Shown here: positions 32,169 to 41,149 of the stretch, piece by piece
Layout: the number at the start of each line of letters is the position of its first letter
Position numbering within the stretch: position 1 is the stretch's first letter
NCBI GenBank assembly: GCA_047601445.1
Contig: JASGJH010000001.1
Location: 9,152,001 to 9,216,000 of the forward strand
Direction of reading: 5' to 3'
DNA length: 64,000 nt
From: Myxococcales bacterium
GTDB lineage: Bacteria > Myxococcota_A > Polyangia > Polyangiales > DASUME01
Notes under the pieces: model-generated
Databases searched by the model: none
The model's input: only the letters and a program-made list of their open reading frames with translations
What the model was told of the DNA's origin: nothing
Position numbers and translations under genes: made by a program

Positions 32169-32247
32169 CTGCTGTGCGCTCCTGAAACCGGGCCCATGCG
32201 GGGGCGCAGGGCCAAAGTCGCGGAGAAATATGTCTCGAACTGGGCTG

Positions 32248-32264
32248 TTGACAATCAATTTCAA
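32248..32264. promoter_or_regulatory. Fur-box-like palindrome TTGACAATCAATTTCAA
   Basis: 11/14 match to TGATAAT-n-ATTATCA; lies in the AT-rich divergent promoter of the propeller/imelysin operon and tonB. Confidence 0.65.
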
Positions 32265-32342
32265 TAAATTTATTGGTCGCCCAGCATTCTCTTCGAAATT
32301 ACACAGCAATTCGGATTGCTGTCGAAGCGCTATGTTAGCTTG

Positions 32343-32357
32343 AGGAAATCATTATCA
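32343..32357. promoter_or_regulatory. second Fur-box-like site AGGAAATCATTATCA
   Basis: 11/14 match to the 7-1-7 Fur consensus with a perfect ATTATCA half-site. Confidence 0.5.
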
Positions 32358-32525
32358 TCCATTGGTTTCGTTTTTCTATCGGAATGGCCGTTGACCAATC
32401 CTGAGTAGACGCTGCCCGCAAGTGCGTCCCCGTGCGCAGGGGGGCGACCGGCTTGACCCACACTCGAGAGACGTGTAATCCACTCGCGAATTTCAGTATT
32501 CAGTATCAAGGGCCTGCGCTGTCGA

Positions 32526-33407
32526 ATGGATCGCTCTCTGTCAGCCACCACGGACGACCGTTTGCTCTCTCCCAGCGTTGCTCCTGCGGAGCGCTCCTCG
32601 CGCTCGCAGCTCGAGCCGACCCGCGGTGCCACGGCGCTCGGTGTCGTGTTCGCCTTCGGCATCCACATTGGCGTGATCGCGCTCTCGCCACGCGAAGCCG
32701 CCCTGGCTGCGGTTCCGACAGCGCCCTGCGAGGTGGAGATCTTCGAGCCACCGCCGCCTGTGGTGCCCGAGCCGGAGCAGCCGCAGCCCGAGCCTGTCCA
32801 CGCAGTGATGGTCGAGCGAGCGAAGCCCGTGGTGGTCCGAGAGGTTCCGAAGCAGGCTGAGCCCACGCCGCCACCCAAGGCCGCCGAGGAGCTTCCGCCG
32901 CCAGCGGCCGCGCCTGCCGCTCCCGAGCCCATCGTCGAGAAGCCGAGCGAGCCGGCGCCTGCTCTGGTCGCAGCTGCGGACTCGGGCCCCAGCAATCACA
33001 TGCTCGTGCAGAGCGCCACGGGCGCTCTCGGAGGTCGCGGTACCGCCGGTGCTGGAGTGCCAGGTGGGACCGGGACCGGCGCCGTGGGTTCGAAGCAGGG
33101 AGTCATCGGCGGCACCGGCTTGGTCACCCCGCAGCCCATCACCTTGTCCCTCAAGGAGTGGAACTGCGGCTGGCCCGAGGACGCCGAGTACGAGGACTTC
33201 GACCAGCAGGTCGTGTCATTGCGCGTGGTGGTGAACGCCGACGGGCGGGTCGAAAAGGCCGACGTGCTCAAGGATCCTGGCTACGGCTTTGGCCGTGCCG
33301 CCCGTGACTGCGCCCTGCGACTGCGCGCCTTCGTGCCCGCCAAGGACACCAGCGGGCGCGCCATCAAGGCCGTGTCGGATCCCATCTCCGTGCGCTTCGT
33401 GCGCTGA
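32526..33407 (+). CDS. tonB: TonB energy transducer
   Basis: TM anchor (AFGIHIGVI), Pro/Glu-rich spacer, C-terminal domain VSLRVVVNADGRV..PGYGFGRAA..FVPAKD..VRF. Confidence 0.85.
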   Translation: MDRSLSATTDDRLLSPSVAPAERSSRSQLEPTRGATALGVVFAFGIHIGVIALSPREAALAAVPTAPCEVEIFEPPPPVVPEPEQPQPEPVHAVMVERAKPVVVREVPKQAEPTPPPKAAEELPPPAAAPAAPEPIVEKPSEPAPALVAAADSGPSNHMLVQSATGALGGRGTAGAGVPGGTGTGAVGSKQGVIGGTGLVTPQPITLSLKEWNCGWPEDAEYEDFDQQVVSLRVVVNADGRVEKADVLKDPGYGFGRAARDCALRLRAFVPAKDTSGRAIKAVSDPISVRFVR

Positions 33408-33457
33408 GGTGCGTGGTGCGAGCGTGGCGGGCGTCCACGTCAGGGCGCGCGCCGCGC

Positions 33458-34861
33458 TCAGCGTACTTCGAGGTGCGGCTCGGTGATGAACAACGGCCCG
33501 GGCACGCTATCGAAGGTCAGCTTCTCCGCGCTCCCGATCTGAGTGCTGCGCAGGGCCACGAGCGCGGGGGTAGCCGACGTCAGGTCGGCCGCTGCGATGC
33601 GGTAGAGCGAGTTCATGCCGCCGGGCATCCACAGGTTACCGGCCTCGTCGAGCGCCAGATCCGTCACCAGGGCCTCCACTCCGACCTTGATGTGTGTGGT
33701 GGGGACGAACGGCATGTTTTCGGGCTTGCTCGTGGTGAGATCGGCGGGCGTGAAGCGCACCAGGTCGTTGCCCGTGAAGTAACCCACCCAGAGGTTTCCG
33801 TCCTTGTCGAAGACCAGGCCCTCGGGGCTGCCAAGTCCGATCATCACGGGTCCAGGCTGCTGGGCGTAGATGACGATATCAGCCGCTTGCTCGGCGATGT
33901 TGGCGCTCAAGCGCGCGGCGTTGAAGCGCACGATGGCGCCCGAAGATTCGCCCACCCACAGGTTGCCCGCGGCGTCGAAGGCCAGGCCGTTCGGGGTCTC
34001 GAAGCTGGGGCTAGTGATGCGAACGGAGGCGGTCGGTTGTCCGGACGCGTTCAGGCTGGCCGGCTCGAACTTGGCGATGGAGTCGAGCAACGCCACCCAG
34101 ACCGCACCCTTCGCGTCGAACGCGATGGCATGGGCGCCACAAGGGATCGTCGGGCCACACAGGGCATCGCCATCGAGCACGATGTCGGGCGGGTTGGTCG
34201 AAGCGGTCCCGAGGCGCGCGGTGTTGAAGCCCACCAGGCCGCCGTGCACCGAACCTACCCAAAGCCTACCCAGACCGTCGATGCGCAGCGGGCCCACGGT
34301 GGTCAAGCCAGTTTGGAGCCCGACCACGGGAGTCTGCATCCCAGCCGCCATGGCCTGACTCTCGTCGAACGCCAGCACCTGCGCGCCGTCGCCGTTCGAT
34401 TGGGTCAACCACACGTGGGCGCTGCCCGGTTCGAGCGTGTACGTGACGGCCAATGTTGCGGCCTCGTCGGCGCGCACGCAGACCACGTCGGACGCGCTGC
34501 TGCTCGGCTGATAGGCCTTGCCGATGAGCGTGCCGGCCCTGTGGACGCGGTAGGCATCGAGTCCGTAGAGTCCCGTGGGCACGCTGAGGGTAGTGCTCGC
34601 GGTGATGGGATCACCGACCTCAGCGCCCTTGGCGTCGATCAAGCGCACATCGGCGAGCACGCCGGCTTCGATGGCCACGTTGATCGCCAGCATGCCGGTG
34701 CCACCCGTGGGGCAAGCATTTGCCTGGCCGCTGTCCGTGCCGGCATCGTCGCCGGTCTCGGGGCCGTCCATGGGATCTTCACTGTCCCCGTTGCATCCCC
34801 ACAGCGCGACCGCCGAAAGTGCGACGACCAGGGAAAAACCACGACGTCCTCTTGCGCTCAT
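33458..34861 (-). CDS. lipoprotein with NHL/beta-propeller repeats
   Basis: Lipobox LWGC; repeats IDGLGRLWV, AFDAKGAVWV, AFDAAGNLWV, VFDKDGNLWV, LDEAGNLWM. Confidence 0.8.
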   Translation of the reverse strand: MSARGRRGFSLVVALSAVALWGCNGDSEDPMDGPETGDDAGTDSGQANACPTGGTGMLAINVAIEAGVLADVRLIDAKGAEVGDPITASTTLSVPTGLYGLDAYRVHRAGTLIGKAYQPSSSASDVVCVRADEAATLAVTYTLEPGSAHVWLTQSNGDGAQVLAFDESQAMAAGMQTPVVGLQTGLTTVGPLRIDGLGRLWVGSVHGGLVGFNTARLGTASTNPPDIVLDGDALCGPTIPCGAHAIAFDAKGAVWVALLDSIAKFEPASLNASGQPTASVRITSPSFETPNGLAFDAAGNLWVGESSGAIVRFNAARLSANIAEQAADIVIYAQQPGPVMIGLGSPEGLVFDKDGNLWVGYFTGNDLVRFTPADLTTSKPENMPFVPTTHIKVGVEALVTDLALDEAGNLWMPGGMNSLYRIAAADLTSATPALVALRSTQIGSAEKLTFDSVPGPLFITEPHLEVR

Positions 34862-35038
34862 GCTCTGCACCTCGTGCGGCATACTACGGTGCAATGCTCG
34901 CGAGCCTTCACAAAAGGTAAGCTCGTCCACGCAAGTAGGGAGCATGCTGTCGCACACCGGAGCCGCGCGCGTGGTTGCCGGGGCCGTCACGCAGGTGCGC
35001 GAAATACCCGCGAAAATGTGGCCGCTTGCGCGCCCGCT

Positions 35039-35938
35039 TCAGTTCGTGCCGGCGTCGCTACGCTGTCGCGGCGTGTCGCCCACGGTGACGCGCAGGTTGT
35101 CGATGGCCCACGACTCATCGTCCAACGCTTGGTTTCCCGTGCCTTCGAGCGTGAACGTGATGACCGCGCTGCTGGCCGTGTGCGGCCAATCCTGAAAACG
35201 CGGTTCCAGGCTGAAGTCGTAGGCGCTGTCCGTGTAGTAGCTACCGGGTCCGGAGAAGCCCAAGTCCATGCGGCGTACGAGCACCACGCCGTCGGGCGGC
35301 GGCGGCGTGTCGTAGCTCTGAACCTGCGACTCGAGCGCATTGGCGAAGAACTCGCGGAACACGTTGGCCCCGTCGAGCGTGACCCGAAAGTAATCGTCCG
35401 AGGGGGGGCTGCCGATGCCGTCCAGAGAGTCGATGGCGGCGAACAAGAAGTAGATCGAGAGCGAGGTATGCGGAGGCAGGTTGGTCAGCGTCAGCGTGAC
35501 GACGTTTCCCGTGGCGCTGCGCAAGAACTGAGCGCCGAACGTGTTACCTGGATGGCCGACGGACGCATAGAGCTGAGTAGGCGTTAGCAGACCGTCGCCT
35601 GGATCGAGCTCGGACGGTAGCGTGTTGCCTTCGAAGTCCAGGCTCAACACCGCGACCTGCTCGGCGGCAGCGTCGCCCGCATCGTTGGTCTGCGCGTCGT
35701 TCCCGCTGGCGTCGGTACCGCCGTCCAGGCTCGCGTCCGTCGCGCCCACGTCGGCGTCCAACCCTGCGTCCATTGGGTCGGGCGCGTCGCCTGCGTCCAT
35801 GCGGACTTCCTCGTCGCCGTCATCGAGGGAGGCGTCGCGCTCGGGGCCGCCGTCGATCTCATAGAACTCGTCGTCGTTGGAGCCAGAACATGCGGCGCCA
35901 AAGGCGCACACAGCGAGGAGCAGCAGGGGACTACGCAT
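35039..35938 (-). CDS. lipoprotein with acidic DAG linker and beta-rich C-terminal domain
   Basis: MRSPLLLLAVCAFGAAC; DAG repeats; FAAIDSLDG..DESWAIDNL. Confidence 0.7.
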   Translation of the reverse strand: MRSPLLLLAVCAFGAACSGSNDDEFYEIDGGPERDASLDDGDEEVRMDAGDAPDPMDAGLDADVGATDASLDGGTDASGNDAQTNDAGDAAAEQVAVLSLDFEGNTLPSELDPGDGLLTPTQLYASVGHPGNTFGAQFLRSATGNVVTLTLTNLPPHTSLSIYFLFAAIDSLDGIGSPPSDDYFRVTLDGANVFREFFANALESQVQSYDTPPPPDGVVLVRRMDLGFSGPGSYYTDSAYDFSLEPRFQDWPHTASSAVITFTLEGTGNQALDDESWAIDNLRVTVGDTPRQRSDAGTN

Positions 35939-35962
35939 GGACCCCATCGTTTTTCGAAACGC

Positions 35963-37144
35963 TCACGGAAGCAACGAGTCTTTGCCCGACACCTGTGAGG
36001 ACACGATGGGGTCCTTCACGGCGTCTGACCATGGAAGGACGGGCCACCAGCGTGCGATGGGCGGGGAGGTGTCAGGCTCGACGCTTTGGCCAGGCTTGGG
36101 CGTCAGGACCCGCGTCCCCGTCCGTCCGGCCTCCGCCAGCACGCGCTCCACGGGCTCGGTCCAGCCGTGATAGGCCAGCTGCAAGAGCCCCCAGTGCACC
36201 GGGATCATCGTGCGTCCACGCACCATGCGGTGGGCGGTCACGGCTTGCTCGGGGCCCACGTGCCAGTCCGGCCAGGTCCGGTTGTACTGGCCCGATTCGA
36301 TCATGGTGACGTCGAAGGGGCCGAAGCGTTCGCCGATGTCGCGGAGCGCAGGAAAGAGTCCGGTGTCGCCCGAGTAATAGGCGCGGTGGCGCCGACCGAT
36401 CAGCGCGTAGCCGCCCCACAGGTTGTGATCGCGATCGAGCAGCGTTCGGCCCGATGCGTGGCGCGCAGGCGTGAGCACGATCTCGAGGCCTCGCACGCGC
36501 GTGCTCTCCCACCAGTCGAGTTCCGTGATGCGTTCGGCTTGGATGCCCCAGGCTTCGAGATCGGCGCCGATGCCGAGCGGCACGACGAAGCGCACCTTCC
36601 AGTCGCGCATCGCGCGCAGCGTCTTGTAGTCGAGGTGGTCGTAGTGATCGTGCGAGATCACTACCGCATCGAGGCCGGGGAGATCCCCCAGCGCGAGCGG
36701 CGGTTCGAACCAGCGGCTCGGTCCCACGAAGTTCAGCGGCGAGGAGTGCGTGCTCCACATCGGATCGGTCAGCACGCGGTGACCGTCGATCTCCACCAGG
36801 ATCGACGAGTGCCCGAACCAGGTGACGCGCAAGCCCGAGGCGGGCGCCTTGTAGAAGCGTTGGCGGTCCACGGGCTCGACTGGGAGCACACCTTCGGGGC
36901 TCGCCACCGGGCTCGCGTCGAACAGACCCGACAACATCCCGCCGATGTCGTTGATGATGGGCTGCGGGTTCTCGAAATGGCCGTCGTGCCACTGGGGAGA
37001 GTGCTCCATGCGTGCGAGTCGCTCGCCGGAAGCGCGCTGGCCCATGGCAGGCCAGGCCAACGCCAGCAGCACGAGCGCCACGCCGAGCAGGGGCAGGCCA
37101 ATCCAGAGCGTGAGGCGGGTCCAGCGACGAGGGGAGGGGGCCAT
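35963..37144 (-). CDS. MBL-fold hydrolase (RomA/NAPE-PLD-like), N-terminal membrane anchor
   Basis: TWFGHSS, LTDPMWS, ISHDHYDHLD, PARHASGR, YSGDTG, IPVHWG. Confidence 0.9.
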   Translation of the reverse strand: MAPSPRRWTRLTLWIGLPLLGVALVLLALAWPAMGQRASGERLARMEHSPQWHDGHFENPQPIINDIGGMLSGLFDASPVASPEGVLPVEPVDRQRFYKAPASGLRVTWFGHSSILVEIDGHRVLTDPMWSTHSSPLNFVGPSRWFEPPLALGDLPGLDAVVISHDHYDHLDYKTLRAMRDWKVRFVVPLGIGADLEAWGIQAERITELDWWESTRVRGLEIVLTPARHASGRTLLDRDHNLWGGYALIGRRHRAYYSGDTGLFPALRDIGERFGPFDVTMIESGQYNRTWPDWHVGPEQAVTAHRMVRGRTMIPVHWGLLQLAYHGWTEPVERVLAEAGRTGTRVLTPKPGQSVEPDTSPPIARWWPVLPWSDAVKDPIVSSQVSGKDSLLP

Positions 37145-37167
37145 GGGAGAGTCACTTTGGGTTGGAG

Positions 37168-37184
37168 TTGAATTTGATTATCAA
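37168..37184. promoter_or_regulatory. Fur-box-like palindrome TTGAATTTGATTATCAA
   Basis: Reverse complement TTGATAATCAAATTCAA is 15/17 identical to the site at 32248; lies in the 59-bp divergent gap between the MBL and SIP genes. Confidence 0.7.
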
Positions 37185-37203
37185 GTGCTGTAGTCTGCTG
37201 GCT

Positions 37204-37917
37204 ATGGCGTCAGGCAAGGCATTTTTGGGCGAGCTGTTCGGGAAATTGTTCTTTCGACAGGCGCAGATCGTCGCACTTTCGGAGCCTGGCCCGTTTCGCC
37301 GGATGACGCTCGAGGGCGTGCAGCTGAGAGACGTCGCGTGGACGCCCGGGGACAAGGTCCAGGTCTTCCTGCCCGCCCACGGGATGCGAACCTACACGCC
37401 GTTGTCGTGGGATCCCAAGCGAGGCGTAACGGAACTTCTGGTTTTCCTGCACGGTGACTCGCCAGGGGCGCTCTGGGGACGCAAGGCCCAGGTGGGTGAC
37501 GCGGTGCAGTTCTTCGGGCCTCGCCGTTCCATCGACGCCGACGCCTTGCCCGCGCGGGTCGTGTTGTTCGGGGACGAGACCTCGTTCGCCGTGGCCAGCG
37601 CACTTCGCACCAAGCTCGGAGCGGACCAGCTCGCGTGCGTCTTCGAGGTGACGCCGGAGCACGCCGCCCAGCCCGTGCTCTCGGCGTTGCAGCTCGAGGC
37701 GAGCGTGACGGTGGCGAAGCGCTCGGACGACTCGCACCTCGGCGACGTACACGGCAGGCTGGCCGAGCTCACCGCCCGCGCGGCCGGAGCGCAGCTGGTG
37801 ATGACGGGCAGGGCCGCGGCCATCCAGGCGCTGCGGGCGCGCATGAAGCGCGATGGAGGGACGCGCGTAGCGGCTTCCAAGGCCTATTGGGCTCTGGGCA
37901 AGCGCGGGCTCGATTGA
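37204..37917 (+). CDS. siderophore-interacting protein (ViuB/YqjH-like FAD-dependent ferric reductase)
   Basis: RTYTP, FLHGDSPGALW, FGPR, FGDETS, C-terminal KAYW. Confidence 0.85.
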   Translation: MASGKAFLGELFGKLFFRQAQIVALSEPGPFRRMTLEGVQLRDVAWTPGDKVQVFLPAHGMRTYTPLSWDPKRGVTELLVFLHGDSPGALWGRKAQVGDAVQFFGPRRSIDADALPARVVLFGDETSFAVASALRTKLGADQLACVFEVTPEHAAQPVLSALQLEASVTVAKRSDDSHLGDVHGRLAELTARAAGAQLVMTGRAAAIQALRARMKRDGGTRVAASKAYWALGKRGLD

Positions 37918-38210
37918 GCCGACTCACGCTGGCCTCAGGTCGACCACACACCATAGAGGAAGGCCTCGAAACCCAGCGCCTTGTTTGTCCCACTCCCCCG
38001 AGGGAACAGCGGCACCAAGGGTTTCGACCTTCCAGAGCGCCGACGATGCGGGAAAGAGATGTTCTTGTCCAGTTCAAATGCATCAGTACAGGGCTTCCGA
38101 GCTCACGGCTAGTAGCCAAACTGTTCCTGCCTGCGGTACGCGGGCGACCTCGCGTGCCTCCAAGGTCACTCGAAATCGCAGCTCCGCTCAGCTGCTAGGC
38201 TGCCGCCCCC

Positions 38211-39443
38211 GTGGATCTCGAACCACTTCGTCGTCGCGATTTCCGTTTGTTGTACCTGGGGCAGTTCGTGAGCTCCTTCGGGTCCATGATGAGCCACGTG
38301 GCGCTGCCGTACGTGCTGTACCAGTCCACCAAGTCCACCATACTGACCGGCCTCCTGGGTGTGATTCAGCTGGTGCCCACGGTGTTCGGAGGCCTGTTCG
38401 GCGGGGCGCTCGCGGACGCCGTCGATCGACGCAAGTTGATCGTGTTGTCGGAGCTGGGGATGGCGCTGATCGTGCTCGCGCTGGGCATCTCGGTGACGCT
38501 CCTCAAGCCGGGCTATCCGCATCCCATGTGGCTACTGGCCGCAGCCTTCACGCTCTCGACGTTGAGCGCGTTCCATCGCCCCGCACTCGAGGCGCTCACG
38601 CCGCGTCTGGTGGAGAAGGAGCTCATCCCGTCAGTGTCGGTGCTGTCGTCGCTGCGCGGCAACGTGGCGATGATCGGCGGGCCTGCGGTGGCCGGCATCC
38701 TGATCAGCTCGGGCGGGGCGGACTACGCGTTCTACCTGGACTTCGTGTCGTTCGCGGTGTGCGTGGTGGCGGTGCTGTTGATCTCGCAGGTGCCGCGCCT
38801 CGAGAGCCCGCCGCCGTTTTCCATGGCCTCGGTGTTGGAGGGGTTCCAGTACGCGCTCAAGCGTCAGGACCTGATCGGCACCTACGTGGTCGACATCATC
38901 GCGATGACCTTCTCCATGCCCAACTTGTTGTTCCCCGCCGTGGCAGACAGCCTGGGCGGTAGTCAGTATCTGGGTTGGTTGCATTCGGGCATCTCGATGG
39001 GCGCGCTGCTCGCCACCTTGAGTTCCCGCTGGCTCCTGCGCACGCGCCACCACGGCCTGATGATCTTGCTGGCGGCGGGCGCGTGGTCGGCCTGCATGGT
39101 GGGCTTCGGACTTTCGCGCACGTTCCCGCTGGCCTTCGCCTTCCTCTTCCTGGCGGGCTTCGCCGACATGGTGAGCGCGGTGTTTCGGCAGACCATCTGG
39201 AACCAGACGATTCCCGACGAGCTGCGCGGGCGCTTGGCTGGCATCGAGATGATCTCCTATGTCACCGGGCCCTTACTCGGGAACACGCAGCTCGGGTTCA
39301 TGGCTAGCGTGGTGGGGATTCAACGCGCCATCACGTTGTCCAGCCTGGTGGGGTTAGGCGGCGTGTGCGCGTGTGCGGGCCTGCTGCCGCGCTTTCGTCG
39401 CTACCTGGCCGAGCCGCACGGGAATCAGGGCTCGCCTCCTTGA
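38211..39443 (+). CDS. MFS transporter, EntS-like
   Basis: PLRRRDFRLLYLGQFVS, GGALADAVDRRKLI, GFADMVSAVFRQTI, PDELRGRLAG; about 12 TM segments. Confidence 0.85.
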   Translation: MDLEPLRRRDFRLLYLGQFVSSFGSMMSHVALPYVLYQSTKSTILTGLLGVIQLVPTVFGGLFGGALADAVDRRKLIVLSELGMALIVLALGISVTLLKPGYPHPMWLLAAAFTLSTLSAFHRPALEALTPRLVEKELIPSVSVLSSLRGNVAMIGGPAVAGILISSGGADYAFYLDFVSFAVCVVAVLLISQVPRLESPPPFSMASVLEGFQYALKRQDLIGTYVVDIIAMTFSMPNLLFPAVADSLGGSQYLGWLHSGISMGALLATLSSRWLLRTRHHGLMILLAAGAWSACMVGFGLSRTFPLAFAFLFLAGFADMVSAVFRQTIWNQTIPDELRGRLAGIEMISYVTGPLLGNTQLGFMASVVGIQRAITLSSLVGLGGVCACAGLLPRFRRYLAEPHGNQGSPP

Positions 39444-39557
39444 ACGCGGAGGGGGAGCCCCGCGAAACTCGGAGGCGAACCCATCCCCCCGCGTCTTGAT
39501 GCGGGGAGTGCGAGAATCCTTGGCGAGCTTCGTAGGAATGTGCGATCGGGCGTCTTG

Positions 39558-40556
39558 TTAAGGCGTCGGGTGTTGTTCGAGCGCCTGTTTGACCTTGTCG
39601 CGGTAGGGGCTGGTGGCGAAGTCGCGTAGGAAGAACTGAGCGCGCGCGCGTCCTTCGCTGGTGCGCCCGCAGGCGAAGAGCGCCATGACCTCGATGTAGG
39701 CGCGCTCGTGTCGCAGGTAGCCCCGCTTGAACTGCTGGTTGCCCTTGCGCACGAGGGTCACGGCGGCCGCAGGGTTGCTGTTGAGGAGCTGCTCGGCCTG
39801 GGCGAGCTGGAGCACCTCTTCACGATCGAGGGGACCCTGGGCATCGACCTCGGCGGTGCCGTTGTTGGACCCAGACAGATGCACGCCCGGCTGGCTGCCG
39901 GCGCGGGCACGTCGGCCAGCCTTGGAACGCGCTGCCTTGGCAGAGAGCGTGCGCTCCGCGCTGGAGTGGCCGGCAGAGTTGGCGGCGGACACTTCGGGGG
40001 CCTGTGTCAGGGACGAGGGGGCGGGCACGTCTTGCGGTATGGCGGCGCGGCCACCTGAAGGGATCACGATTGGGTCCACCTCGGTCGGTTCGGCCGTCCC
40101 GGGCACGAGGGGGGCAGCGCTGGCCACGAGGGGCGGCGCACTAGTGGGCTCGTTTGCGCCAGGGACCGGGGCCGCCCCGAGTGCTGCGCGTCCGCGTGAG
40201 GCGCTCGGACCCCGGGCTGCGCCTGCACGCGAGGCTGAGCTCGCAGGGGCACTCCCGACGCCACTTGGACTCTGCGCCTCAGGTACCGTGATCGACCTCT
40301 GCATGTGTTCGACGCCCCAGGTGGCCAGTGCGCCGAGCAGGAAGCCCGCACCTAGCCATGCGCCCCAGCGCCGCAGGAAGCCGCGCTGAGTCTGGCCCGG
40401 AAGATCCGCGGCCCACTCGGGCAGCGTGGCTCCCTTGGCCAGCAGCTGCTGGTGTCGCGCGTAGCCCTGCGCCACGTCGTAGTGCACGGGGGACTCGGCT
40501 TGCCGCAGGAGGTCCTGCAACGAGTCTCGCGATTCGGGGCGCTGTGCGGAAGCCAT
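39558..40556 (-). CDS. putative anti-sigma factor (single TM, Pro/Ala/Ser linker, C-terminal TPR-like helices)
   Basis: Coupled to the ECF gene (1-bp overlap); TM WGAWLGAGFLLGALATWG; ends EVLQLAQAEQ..ERAYIEVMAL..FATSPY. Confidence 0.65.
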   Translation of the reverse strand: MASAQRPESRDSLQDLLRQAESPVHYDVAQGYARHQQLLAKGATLPEWAADLPGQTQRGFLRRWGAWLGAGFLLGALATWGVEHMQRSITVPEAQSPSGVGSAPASSASRAGAARGPSASRGRAALGAAPVPGANEPTSAPPLVASAAPLVPGTAEPTEVDPIVIPSGGRAAIPQDVPAPSSLTQAPEVSAANSAGHSSAERTLSAKAARSKAGRRARAGSQPGVHLSGSNNGTAEVDAQGPLDREEVLQLAQAEQLLNSNPAAAVTLVRKGNQQFKRGYLRHERAYIEVMALFACGRTSEGRARAQFFLRDFATSPYRDKVKQALEQHPTP

Positions 40557-41149
40557 CAGGGCACCTCGTTCTGCTCGCGCGCAGAGCGCGGTCCCGAGAG
40601 CCTGCTGCCGACGCGAATCTCGCGTCCTTCGCCGCGCCGTTCGAGCTCCTGACGCAGCAACTTACGGGCCTTGTTCAGGCGCCAGTATACGGTCCCCACC
40701 GGCGAGCCCATGGCCTCCGCCACCGCGCCGCAGCTTTCGCCCTCTTGCTCCACCAGGAGCAGCGTCGCGCTCAGCACCGGATCCAAGCTCGCCAGTGCCT
40801 CGTTGAGCGCGCGCGAGGACTCACTCACCTGCAGCGTTCGCACGGGACTCTGCTCCTCATCGGACAACTCGTCGGGGGATACGGCGGAGGAACGCACCTT
40901 GCTGGTGCTGCGTCGCCGCCGATAGCTGAGCGCTGCACGCGTGGCGATGGCCCCGAGATAGCTCGTGGGCTTGGCCGGACCGGCCACATATCCTCCGCGC
41001 GCGTGCACCACGAGGAACACTTCCTGGAGTACGTCATCGAGGTCCTCCTGGGCCACGCCGAGGCGCGCGAGAAAACTGGCCACGAAGTCAGCATGCCGTC
41101 GAAACAGCGCCTCCGTGCTCAGCCGCTGTGGCTCGTCGGGTGCGCTCAC
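40556..41149 (-). CDS. ECF RNA polymerase sigma factor
   Basis: Region 2 LFRRHADFV..DLDDVLQEVFL; region 4 VAEAMGSPVGTVYWRLNKARK. Confidence 0.9.
   Translation of the reverse strand: MSAPDEPQRLSTEALFRRHADFVASFLARLGVAQEDLDDVLQEVFLVVHARGGYVAGPAKPTSYLGAIATRAALSYRRRRSTSKVRSSAVSPDELSDEEQSPVRTLQVSESSRALNEALASLDPVLSATLLLVEQEGESCGAVAEAMGSPVGTVYWRLNKARKLLRQELERRGEGREIRVGSRLSGPRSAREQNEVP

Noticed and set aside
37918..38210. Assignment of the hairpin as retron msr/msd, 6S RNA, tRNA or a known riboswitch
   Set aside because: No reverse transcriptase nearby and no diagnostic motifs recognised; kept only as an unassigned structure.
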